The notes beneath the pieces are model-generated. The model was given only the letters and a program-made list of their open reading frames with translations, had not been told where the DNA came from and made no database searches. A stretch of 64,000 nt of DNA from Owenia fusiformis (Eukaryota), in assembly GCA_903813345.2 (NCBI GenBank), contig CAIIXF020000001.1:18476001-18540000 (forward strand), written 5' to 3'. Positions 36,872 to 49,522 of this stretch are shown here, one piece after another. Each line of letters opens with the position of its first letter. Position 1 is the first letter of the stretch. The position numbers and the translations under genes are program-made.

Positions 36872-39800
36872 ATGGCTTCTCAGCAGGTACGTTTTATCAA
36901 CCAAATTCGACTTATTTTGCCTATACATGTCGGTATATATAAACTCACTCTATTATCGCCCATTTTAATTTTTTTATTTGTACTTTGTAATTGGGACAGC
37001 ATCTTTTCCATTCAATCGAGGTTAGGCCATGCAGCCGAAGGTAAGTCATACAACCGAAGGTAAGCCATACAACCGAAGGTAAGCCATACAACCGAATTTT
37101 GCCGATTCAATCTGACGGAGAATGCCGAGCCTCTCCAGGCCCGTAGCCAGGATTTGCCAAGGGGGGGTTCAATTTTCAATTTTGGCCCAAATTAGGCTAA
37201 AATCACTAGAGAAGTGCTCAAAATGGTCAAAAACTGCATGATTTTGAAAGAATTTTTGACCAGGGGGGGGGGGTTCGCAGGGTTCGGGCGAACCCCCCCC
37301 CCCCCCCGGCCAAAAATGCTTTCCCCCCCTGGCTACGGGCCTGCTCTCTTTTTGATCAATTAGAGACGTCCTCTTCACATTCGTGGTACCCTCGGCCAAC
37401 TTTGTTTGCAAAGAAAATCTTCTGCAATCTATGACTTTACTTGAGGTATCATCGGTATCACCAGAAATTATCCCATTCCAGGACAATACATGTAGTCCCG
37501 AGAATGAGCCAATCTTTGCCTGTATGATTACAGCATCGGGAGAATAATTCATGCCTCTTACACTTCAAGAATTCCAGATGAGGGCAGGGGTTTTATTGGC
37601 AATATGTAACTGGAGATTTTCACTGGTTGTTTTCACAAAACTGCCTGTTGTTTTTAGGGACTTTTTTCAACTTTTCCATGTTAAATTTATGATTTCAATT
37701 TTAATTTTGCCTATTGTTTTCATTTATTTAGCCTGTTGTGAGAAACTCTAGTGAAACCCCTGCTAGTGGCCCCAGATATAATTTGATTGACTTTAGTCTG
37801 ACTGTACACTTTACCTAATTTTAATGATTGAGATTTTAGGCGAACTTTTGGTTTGTCATTTATATTCTCATCTCAAATTTTAGTTGTTGAATATTGGTAA
37901 AAGTATTCCTTGCCAGAACATCTTACAAAATATGAGTTTCCAGACCCCATATTACATTACACATGGAATTAAAGTGTGTGATTATGTGTCCCAGTGTGAC
38001 ATGTAAGTCTTCCCTGTGTATATAATACGAGACTATTCAACTACATTAGTTCCCAAAGAATTATTAATTTTACCTCATTCAATGAAACCAAGGAAACTAG
38101 GTCTCTGTGTAATAATTTTAAACAATGGTATCTATGAATTCAAGATATTCTTCTGAGTAGCCTGAGGTCAAGGTTTTTATCATGAGAGTTCTAATAGAGT
38201 CTTTTTCCTGCTCTACAACCTAATCTAAATCATAATTGACATTTTAAATTCCATCATCAATTTATCAAATTTGATTGTTTTTTGTTTTGTTCCAGGCAGC
38301 AGCTACTGCTGGGAGCAGTTCCAACCCCCCTGCACAGGAATTCATTGTTCGTTTGGGGAGGTATGTTTTTATGCATTATATTTAAAATATAGTTGGTAGT
38401 TAGAATGCAAGGTTATTTTAGACTACATGTATTTCTAAAATAAGAAGCAATTAAAAGCTACATAAAAGATTCAAAATAGAAAAAATATAAACATATGACA
38501 GAAACCTAATTTTCATGTTTATAAAGATTTAGAGCTAAGTAGAATAATGCTTCAGTTGATCTATGAGTATTTATGACAGTATCTATGACTTTCCCAATAT
38601 TTTGGAACTACAGAGAAATTCTGCAAGATTCATACAGAAGTGGCATTCTCCCTCGTAGAATTCACTCATTTCACTTGTAGAATTTATCATTTCAACAAAA
38701 TTCCATGTTATTTATGCATTTCAGAGAGACCAAATCTGATAAATTCAGTGTACTGAAATTTGCAGAAAATCTGAAAGTTGATTTCACAAAAACATCAAAT
38801 GTAAGTGGTTTTATTGTAAGAAATCTCAGTAGCAATCTTAGAATTCTTGATATTCCATAATTTTTTGTGTTGCAATAATGCAAATTGGTTTTAATGTCAC
38901 CAGCAGAAGTGATGATATACGGTATTGTTATATAATCTCCAACTTTCATGTGAAATTATTATCCCATCTTAGAATTCTTGATATTCCATATTTTTGTGTT
39001 GCAATAATGCACATTGGTTTTAATGTCACCAGCAGAAGTGATGATATATTGTTATATAATCTCCAGCTTTCATGTGACAATATTTGGCTTTCATGCAATA
39101 TTTGATGTTATATTTTAGATGTGGTCAGTTATACAGTCAAAATCAGTAATAGGTGTCACAATCTCACATTTAGTAAAAATATTTTTATTGGTTTATTGCA
39201 AAAATGTCTGTTAAAGAATTACATCAAATGTGCAAACAATTTTACAATTTTTTAGGTGTAAAATTGCATTTTGGTAATATCATGAACCATTTAATTTTCT
39301 CAGATGTATTTATGCTTTTCTGTTCTGATTAAAGGTCAAATTAGAACGACAAAATAACTTCCGTGAGTTCAAACAAGCCAATGATATGGAGGCGATGCCC
39401 AAATTTGGAGCTGGGAGTGAATATGGAAGAGAGCAAAAAGATGAAGCACGGAGGAGAAAATATGGTATCATACGTAAGAAATATAATCCTGATGCTCAAC
39501 CTTGGCTGTTGAAGAATGGCAGTGGCAAAACTGCAAAGAAGTAAGATTTATTCAATTTAGAACAATGATAAACACTACACAAACTGTAAAAGTCATTTAA
39601 ACATACAAACATCATTCTTGATGTTTTAATTCATGATTGGGCAATATTTTACATTGTATTGTAGACTGGTATAGGGGAGTTATTCACATTCTACTTAAAT
39701 TTGGTCTTTTGCAATATCAAATTTGAATTTAGATTTCTACATTGGTGATATTATGCTAATGCTATATACACTTTTTAAGGACCAGCATGGTACACATTAC

Positions 39801-42800
39801 TACAAGTAAATAATAGGTATTAAGACTAGAGAAAAGGGTATAAGTTCACTCAGAAAAATGCCATATGTTTCCATTTAGGTACAAAGGTAGTAGAGAAGGT
39901 GGGATTTCTGACAATGCCTCCTACTATATATTCACCCAGTGTCCAGATGGTGCATTTGAGGCCCACCCTGTAGATGAGTGGTACAACTTTACGCCAATCA
40001 TCAAATACAAGTACCTTGATGCTGACGAGGCAGAGGAGGCATTCAACAAGTAAGAACTGACACAAGTTATGAGATTTAACAAAAAATGCACTCCAAGGTC
40101 ATCTTAAATGAATCTTTAAAATATACTAAACAAGAACATTTCTTAAATGTTTTAAACCTATTGAATACCGTGCATTTTTCATTTTCTAATTTTTTGCCAT
40201 ATTTCTATCTTAATATACAGTACAATGATTGTTGTTCATTTTGGTAATATTACTGAACATGGACAGATTATACATGTTTTAAAAAACATAAATTGAACTA
40301 AAATAAGTAAGAGTCAAAATAGTGGAGAATGCTGTGACTGATGATACCCGTCACTCTGTATGTTCAAGGGGTTAACATGCTTTCAACCTGTTACTTGTAG
40401 GCGTGACAAAACATTGAACTATTTCAACATCATGTTAAAGAAGCGGTTGAAGGATGACGATGGTGCGGATGAAGCAGATGAAGAGGAAAAGAAAATGAAA
40501 GGAAAAGGAAAAAAGAGTGATTTTGTAAGATTAATTTTTCTTGGCAATGCTTTGTTGATGATTAAGATATTGTCTCATAATTATTTGTCCTCACTAGCAA
40601 AACTAAAACTGCTATTAGGACTGAAATGAATAGTAAATTCTAAAACCAAATATTTGGCCATTTAATCAATGTTACCCCCAATATCCGCGAAGGAAACTGG
40701 AAGTAAAAATAATGATTTCTTAGAAATGTTTTAACTGATTTAAACAGATTTATACAGTCTGATACATTCATTTGTTTGTTATAAAAAAATTATATTGTAT
40801 AGAATTTCAATAAAGAATTGATGCTCAGTTCAGCAGCAGGAATCAAAATAATTTAAATCACTGCTCATGCGTAGCCAATGAGTCCAATGGCCAATTTATA
40901 TATTACCACAAATCAATTTGCTTCTGAATACTCATCTATTTATTTCACCCCTAACTGATATTAGTTACCAGTTCTCTTTTTAGGATCCCATCATGATGTG
41001 TTTTAGAAACTCAGATTACATCACAAATATTTTTGAGCTTCCTGGCTATTTTTATATTTGATATTGTTTGCAGATAGGTTAATGATTAAAGTTAAAGTAT
41101 GCATAATAGGTACCCTAATACCTGTTAAATGGAACACCTGTAAATGTAACACATACCGCTCAAATGGAGAACTATTTTGAGGTGACATGAGTGCTCCACT
41201 AGCATATGTTTACTGTATTAACAAATTAGCATAAAATAGATGCAGTTAAATACTGTACTTCTTTTTCTGTGGATGATTTTGAGAAGATTTTTAAGATGAT
41301 TTTCCATGAATATTATTGTAGTGCCTCACTGACCTAGATGATGGTGTCCCTCTGTCAGGAGATGACTTAGACATGGATGATAGTGATGATGAAGGAGCGC
41401 CTAAGTCAAAAGGTATGAATACCAAACACTCTTTAGTAGTTCAATAAAACCTGTCTTATAGAGATTCATTTAACATTTAGTCAATTGGTCTTGGGACTTT
41501 GAAAAGTGTTTCACTTACCGAGGTGTTCCACTTCTTGAGGTGTTACACTTTACAGGTTTCACTACATTTCACTTTAAAATTTTGTTATCTTTGTCAGGGC
41601 TTTATCTTGAATAACATTTTTATCTTTGGTACATGGTGTGTTAATGAATTCTTATCTAATTGATGTTTGTCAAGCGAATACCCATCTTCCATCATACAGG
41701 AACAGATGTCTGGTGCCCTACATATGGTACATGGCAAATACATACTTATATCATCAAATCTTTTTTGGTGTTATTTACTCTCATAGGCTTTCAACGAATA
41801 ATTGGTGTTTCTCAATGTTAGTTTACAGCAAGTCCTTTTCAACTGAAACTTTGCATCTAGGATTATAGCTAAGTTATTGATATTGTTCAAAGAAGTGATC
41901 TCTGAGAGCAGCTCAGATGAGTCCACACTTATTTCATGACCAATATTTACTTGTGCTTTATCTAGATAAGAAGAAAAAGATTAAAGCCAGGAAGAATGCC
42001 AAGCACACAGCTGATGATGAAGCTGTTGAGGAGAGTGATGAAGGAGACTTTGATGAGCGGGAGGTGGACTACATGACATCAGGATCATCAAGGTAACAAT
42101 ATACAGTATTGGCAGAACCAAAGATTACAAAACTTTTTATGTTCAGGAATAGTGGAAAACCTATTGTTTATGGGTCTCCTACTTTTTTGTTCGGCGGTTA
42201 GTATTTGGCATTCAGTGGTTGTTGATGTGTGCAACAAATGGCAGGTGATAATATTTTGCATGTTCACACCTTGTTTTAGTTTGTCTTCATATTCCTTGTA
42301 GATACTCTAAAAACTACAATTTAATAATGTCCAAAATGAATAGGATTGCTGGTGATTTTGGTATGCGATTTGGTTTTGATTATATTTGATGTTTTCAGTG
42401 ATGAAGATGATTTGAAAGAAGAAGACAAGAAGAAGTATGATGAGACTGGAGTGGTTGATGAAGATGGACTCAGGAAGCTTAATGAATCAGATGAGAGCGA
42501 GGAGGAGGAGGAAGAGAAAGATAAGGACAATGATGAAGATAACGAAAAGGATGAAAGTGAAAAAGGAGAGAAAAAATCTGATAAAAAAGGTCAGGAAATC
42601 TCAAAATAGATAAAGAAGTACTTGTATATCTTGTTATCCTATCCCTAAAATTACATAAATGGCCCTTAAAACAGAAATGCATCATAGAAATGTACTAAAT
42701 AGAAATATGTCATCCTCCGATCACAGGTCTTCAAAATCCTGAATATCTTCTTTCTTTTTACCCCCTGCTATACGCAGTTAGCATTTCCCTGATTAAGAAT

Positions 42801-45048
42801 GTGCAGTTTAATCGGGTGCTTCCAAATTGGTTATTGCAGGGGGGAAGAAGGAGATACAGATTCTGGACACCTGCTTAGGAGAATGGAAATATGTACACTG
42901 GTTGTTGTTTTATGCTTTAATTACACCTGGAGAGAAGTGACATATTCACGAAAAATTAACCTTTTGCATAGTGATGAATGTAAATGTAAATCCAGTTCGT
43001 ATCAGATTTGAATAAACAAGTAGACGATATTATTTTAACATGTCCTATAATAATTGTAGAACATCTCAATCATCCCATAATATTCCTTCCCATTTTATTT
43101 GACATTTAAAAATATTTCAATTTTTGCTCCATTTTACCTTGAACTGCATGTTTGGAAGCAGGACACTATGCAAATGATTTAGTTAACGCCTAAGATTACA
43201 TATTATGTTATGTTTGCTTCCAGCCTCTGACACAGAAAGTAGTGGATCAAGCTCTGACAGTGAATCTGAGCCAGAATCTGGTTTTGCAAAAGCTCTCTTC
43301 ATGCAGGTAACATACATTACAGCATATGCCATATACTTATTTATATAGTCCTCGGGACCCATTTCATTTTGTCATGTTTTTCTACTAAAGCTACAGGGTG
43401 TCACACTGTAGATGGGACACTATGACCTTGGACATTGGCCATCTTGACAAACTTCCTGCTAAATTCTCTTCAAGTGTTAAACTCAATAATTAATCTGTGC
43501 AATTTTGGATTTTATATCTGTACTATGATGTAATAGTTGAAATGAATTCATCAATTTACCTGAACAAGATATATAAATATATATCGAAATAATGTAAATT
43601 AACCCATCTGTTTTGGTCATGACTAGATAAAATTTGTATATTTTCAGAATCGTAAAAAGAAGTCAGGAGGAAGCAAAGAGAGCAGTAGATCCAATACACC
43701 AGTCCCCTCAGCTGACAATGAAGACAAGAAAGGTACAACAATACATACAGGGTGACCCAAAAATACAACCCTATAATTTTGGTATAACTAAAGTATGATG
43801 ACTGAAATATAAGAACTGTATATCCTTGTTTGCTCTATTCAGCACTTACAAGAAATTTCAAGAAGATTTTTTACCATAATTGAGTTGTATCAAAATAAGA
43901 GGTTTGCATTTTTTGTTGTCACCAAAGTGGGATTTCCAAATCGAGCAAATTGAACTAAAATAAGAATGGATGTAATCTGTGAATAAAAAATTGACAGATT
44001 AACATTCTTTAAAGTTTTTAGGTCATATTATTGCATCCTTCTGGCCGCATTCTAAGAAATTTGGGTTCAAAGTTGTACTTACTTCATTTGTTTTTTTGTT
44101 TGAATATTGATATTTTGGAATGATCATTTACAACAGGAGATATTGATGCCCCTTCAGGTATTTAGATACCTAGCCTAACTTTTGCCTGATTTTGTTTGTA
44201 TTTAGGGAAGAAACGAAAGGCAGGTAGAGACAGTCCAGTGACTAAGAAAGCGAGACCATCTACCCCAACTCCTACATCAACAGTTGCAACATCTGCTATA
44301 ACTACAGCTGCAACAACTGTGCCTAGTAAAATATCAACTACACCAACGCCTTCGTAAGTAACCATAGCAATAGCAAATTCTGCTGTCGGTCAGTAAAAGT
44401 TGAAACTATGAAATGGCACATACATTTTTTTGTTCACCTGCCTGTATTGGTTCTTCCTTTCATCATTTAATTTGTATCATAAAATCGTGTGTACACTTAT
44501 GAATCCCTATTCAAACGAGATGTTTGTGGTTCGGAAAGCTCTATCAAAAGTGATGACTGAATATGATAATGCATCATTAAAATCTCAAGTCCTGATCTTT
44601 ATTTGGAAGATCTTGTCAATACCAAATACATCTTCTCATTTCATCGATACCTGTTACACAACAGGATTAAATTGCTTTGTTACGAAGCATATTGACAAAA
44701 AATTTCTTTATAAAGTAATTCAAGCTTGTGTAACACCTCAAAAATCCTTAAGTTTTTTTGTCAAAATGCTTTGTAATGTAGCAATTACACCTGCTGTGTA
44801 ACCCAAATCATTTAGTGTGTCTGATTTCTCTAATTCTTTCCAGGGACGGTATATCTGAGGAGGCAGTAAGGAGATATCTCATGCGTAAACCAATGACTGT
44901 TGTAGACCTAGTGAAAAAATTCAAGTCTAAAAATCCTGGCCTGAACAATGATGACATGGGCAAAGCCATAGTACAGATACTAAAGAAGGTTAATCCGGAA
45001 AAGTCTAAACATCAGGGCAAGCTGTACCTGTCTCTAAAAGCAACATAG
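36872..45048 (+). CDS. GTF2F1: General transcription factor IIF subunit 1 (RAP74; 13 coding exons, ~528 aa)
   Basis: Exons: 36872-36886, 38296-38360, 38725-38800, 39335-39540, 39879-40049, 40401-40524, 41322-41412, 41966-42092, 42399-42589, 43224-43306, 43648-43732, 44206-44353, 44844-45048; phase-consistent (1587 nt). Motifs MPKFGAGSEYGR, QPWLLK, YYIFTQCPDGAFEAHPVDEWYNF, EESDEGDFDEREVDY, and C-terminal winged helix ISEEAVRRYLMRKPMT. Confidence 0.96.
37136..37343. mobile_element. 208-bp MITE in GTF2F1 intron 1
   Basis: CTCTC|CAGGCCCGTAGCCAGG...CCTGGCTACGGGCCTG|CTCTC: perfect 16-bp TIR with an apparent direct duplication; internal G/C homopolymer hairpin. Confidence 0.85.
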
Positions 45049-46296
45049 CATTGAATTCAGTTAGGGGATTTACACTTCATACATATTCAGATCTCAGTGT
45101 ATTGGACAAAAAACTGTGGAAAAGTTCTTGAATGGATGGAAACATTGATTAATTCAGCAAAATAGTAAAAATAGGTGCAACTAAAACTAGATGGTTTTAG
45201 CTATATAGATTAATGCGGCAATGAACAAAGTATGTGAAAGATACAGTACATATACCTGTCCTTATTGCCTTATATTCTCAAGCACAATGTCACAAATATA
45301 GCCATTCGGAAAACATATTTCTGAATTTTAAATATGGAGATTTAAGTACAAGATAATGAAATCTAACAGCTGATTTGTCAACCAGGATGTGACAGATGCA
45401 ACATAGAACTTCCTGCCAATGTCAATGGCAACCAGATTCCACCCTTGGCAATGGACTTTGAAAAACAGTTGCCTCCTGGGCAATGGATTGAATGCCAATA
45501 TTGCAAATTGTGGCTATTTATGTTTTCAACCTTAGTCAACCTTGGAATGCCAAGTAGATCTACGACCATATGTGTACATGCAAAAACAAGCATAATCTGT
45601 ATTGTAGCAATGAAAAGCTCAGTTATTAAATACTGTATTAGATCCACAACACTTCCATTGCCAATTTTACGAAAAAAATAAACCATATTTTGTATAAAAG
45701 TATTTATTATGCTATTTTTCAAATTATCTTTATTAAATACAAAATAAATAATTGATATTGTAAAAAACATTATTCACATGTTCAGAATAATATATTCATA
45801 TTCATGCCAGTCTGGTGCACATTTCCAAGAAATAGCTTGTGGTGGACCCTTCTTTGATTTATACTACCAATGCTTTCTTTGAACTGTGCGCTAGACTACT
45901 CTATATTTAGACTGTCCAAAGAAAACAGTTTTAGTTCCTTTTAGCATTACACAACCTCCCTGTTGTCAAAACTTCGTATCATGTTAACCCGGTGGGTGTA
46001 TCGTGGATGTACCATAGAAACTGTCATGTACCATAGAAACTGCCATGTACCATAGAAACTGCCATGTTGACTAGAAATATCATTGTAGAATGTTACTGCA
46101 TAGTATTAGGGTACACTTGTTCTGCCTATTCACTAACCATTTTATAGTGCAACTTCATAAATCACACTTGTTGGCCCTGTGTCACTGCACTAATCTTTGT
46201 ATTTCTAAATGCCCTGGGCGCTAATTACAGTGAATATGGTAGCTTTTGAATTCACTCCCTACTCCATTTGAATTGACCATTGTATAGTCTCTTAAG

Positions 46297-49286
46297 TCAC
46301 ACTCGTTGGGCCTGTTCCACTAACCATTGTATCGAACTTCCAATTTTATTCTGGCAAGACAGCTGTACATCATGCACCTGCAAGGAGAAATTACAAAGAG
46401 CAGGATAAGAAAAGTGATGCTAAGCTTGAAAATGGCAATTATGTCATCTTCAAGTTGAGTGAGCTAGCAGAATTCCCAGGCCAAGGTCAAGGTCGAGACA
46501 GTTGGTTCAAATGAGAAGAAAGGGACAATGTGTGTAATATGTTGGTGATCCTTAGAATACTTGAAGGTTATCTGAGAAAAAATAATTGTTACACTTTTTG
46601 AAGCTTCCTTTCAACTTATCCCTTCTACAGTCAATTATTATACTGGATACCATTTTATCTGTTTTTACTCATAAAAGCTTGAATCACCATGAACTACATC
46701 TAGTATGAGGGTTGTCCAAAAAGTTTTGAAACAGGCTTACCTGCCATGGTCTGTTGAGCTTTGTCATATTCAAAGCAGTTACTACATCAATACAGGGTAC
46801 CCTCTGTGTTGAAGTCTCCTGTATACATGACAGCACTAGTACAGGTATACTGGGGGCAGCCCATCTTTCATTGACCAACGCAAACAACTCCCGTCTCATC
46901 AACTCTACTGCAAAACAGAGAATTTATGATAATCAAAAATCAAAATTTTCAAACCAAATTTTACTCCCTGAAAAAATTACTTTTTATGCATTCTCTAGTG
47001 CAGACACATTATTTGGTACAATCATGTCAAAACAATTTGATTTTGTCCTCTGAAAGAAAACGTTTTAATTAGAATAGAAGACTTCAAATATTACGACCTT
47101 AATCAAAATGAACATAAACAGGTACATTTAAGAGTGTTTTTATTGCTTCATATAGTACTTACAATTTTGTATACTCTCTGTAGCATCCACAACAAAAATG
47201 AAAGCATCTAATGTCCTACATAAATCTTTAACAGATTGTCTAAGTTCATATTGCTCTATGTCTTCTATGGCACCCTCTTCTGCTTGCTGTACTGCAATAA
47301 GTCGATTATTTCTCAGACGATTCCCATCGAAAACTTGCTCACGTTCTCTCTTTGTTGATGTGTAGAGTGTGGATAGATGGAGCATACAGCCAGATTTTAA
47401 CTTCAAACTGAAGCCTCCTCCCACACCTGAAATACAATTTGTAAAAGTTATTCAGATATTTTAATTTTTTTTTTTTTTAATAACCTTTATTTCTTTTTAT
47501 TCTTTTCAGTTAGTTAAGCAGAAACACCCAAGCCTAGTTCTGATACCCTCTCCAACAAAATGCTACTCAGAGGTTCGCCTTTTGACCCGTCAAAACTTAC
47601 AATTTGGCCCTAAGTCACTAAGTCAAGTAGACAATGGTTTTCTCGGCATCATAAGTTGCAATCATACCAAAAAACAAACCCCTGATATGCTTAATGCAAG
47701 ATTGAATAAGACGACTCAAATACTTTCACTAAATTATGTGTCACTGTCAATCATTGTATTTCTGAAAACTTACCATCAAATTGTCCTGGGAACATTCCAA
47801 TTCTAGTAAAGACCCCTGATGTATCCCATAATATCTGTCTTACAAGGCCACTTGTGCTTGACTCCAGACCTGGGCCAAACATGGCAACTTTTGGCACCTT
47901 CTTAGGGAGGAAAGATCTGAGCAGTGATGAGATGTAGTGGAAGTTGAGATTCTCTCGTATCTTCAAGTTATTAACTTGTGGTGAGCACCTTAAATATCTG
48001 TAATGAATGAAAATCATTATAACATCTGAAAATAGGTTTCAGAATTGTCACATCAAATACATGTAGATAAGAATTGTGACTGTCTTTGATAGTTTACTGC
48101 GTTTACAATGCTTGGGTTTGAAACTTTTTAATTATTTTTTGTATTGTTATAATTTTATTCATGTCATTGTGTGAACCCAAAGTGAGACATTTCTTAAACA
48201 TAAATCAGAATTTAAAATTTGTTTCCAATGATTATGCTCATAAAATAACAGAAAGCTGAATACAAAGGCAAGGTGAATCATGCTTTAGCATTGTTATCTA
48301 TGTCCGTTAATATGTAATAGCTGAATGCAATTGATTCAATTGGCTTATGATGTACATGTACATTTACTTACATTTCTTTGTTAGACCAATCAGACTGGCA
48401 TTCCTTATACATGGTTGGGTTTGTGGTATGGCCAATAATACTCCATGATTTGACATCACTCTCCAGCCGTTGTTGCCAGAGGATGTTATCTGAGCTGACA
48501 TTCAACCATCTGTGGCAGACTTCAGTCATCCTGCACAAGTTCTCCACATCAAGATATGAGAATATGTGAAGCAGTACACTATCCTACAAGTAAATACAGA
48601 AAAACATGAAACACCATCGACTGAGATAAAGGTACATGTAGAACCCAATGACTATTCAAAATTAAAATATTTTGTTTTTTTCTTTTTCTGAAAGTGTGGA
48701 ACTATAACTACCTTAATTCAAACTCTGGAGTTGAAACGTATGCACAGCAATACTTTGTTATCTGAGGTTTTCAAAGGCTATACATATGATTAGATTAGAT
48801 ATGAAACTAAAAATTCTTTAGCTAACAACAATAATAGCAAACAAACATGTTGACCAACTTAAAGTAACTGATGTATACAATACAAAAGCATGGGAACTTC
48901 CCCTGTCCAAGATTAACATATTATTTAGTGTTTGTGTAAGGAAGAAACTACTGTAATTATTTTATTGTATTATAGGGCTGTCTATCTATAAACTGTATCC
49001 ACAAGGCTTAATTACTTACTGGCATATTGTTGATGTGTGACTCTGTTTCTGACTGCCCTGGTTGTCTGGCTCTTGGTTGCTCTCTCACACATGTTTTGTT
49101 CATCAAGTGTTGAATTCCCCCAGACATTGGCACATCCATTTCATTTACAGGTATATGCTTCTTGTAGATTTGGAGAATATCTCGAAAATACTGAAGTTGT
49201 GATTCATTTGTAAAGTCATCGTCTTTACTTTCATTATAAGTTCTGTTATCCAGCATAGGAGTACTTGGGATACTGATTTCAATCAT
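46297..49286 (-). CDS. FBXO4: F-box only protein 4-like (6 coding exons, ~404 aa)
   Basis: Exons (minus): 49286-49020, 48583-48372, 47997-47774, 47426-47163, 46907-46741, 46377-46297; phase-consistent (1215 nt). F-box MPDSVLLHIFSYLDVENLCRMTEVCHRW...DNILW, then FBXO4-type motifs YLRCSP, AMFGPGLE, GQFDGVGGG, LYTSTKRER, DAFIFVVDA, LVLSC, LNRPW. Confidence 0.88.
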
Positions 49287-49522
49287 CTCGAACGTTTACG
49301 TAGTAGTGTCTCTGTGCTCGTGCTTAATCGTAGAATGATGAACGTCCGTGTCTCGAACACGTTATATAGGACATTCCAGGTTGGAATTGCCTGACGTGTA
49401 TCTTCCAACGTGTCATTGTTTACTATTTACATGACAGCCAGGTCATTTCCGGGTTCATGATGTGACCTTCAACTTCCGGAATGAAAACGAGGATCTGACC
49501 TCTTTTCAGCCCTAGGTTCAAA
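49287..49522. promoter_or_regulatory. Compact bidirectional promoter FBXO4/RPL37 with TCT/5'TOP initiator
   Basis: ATGs ~236 bp apart; pyrimidine tract CCTCTTTTC at 49499-49507 just upstream of the RPL37 ATG; ETS-like CTTCCGGAA at 49473-49481; CRE half-site TGACG at ~49392. Confidence 0.8.

Noticed and set aside
45378-45770. 130-aa (-) and 78-aa (+) ORFs between GTF2F1 and FBXO4
   Set aside because: They lie in the presumed 3' UTRs, with no recognisable domain or splice support.
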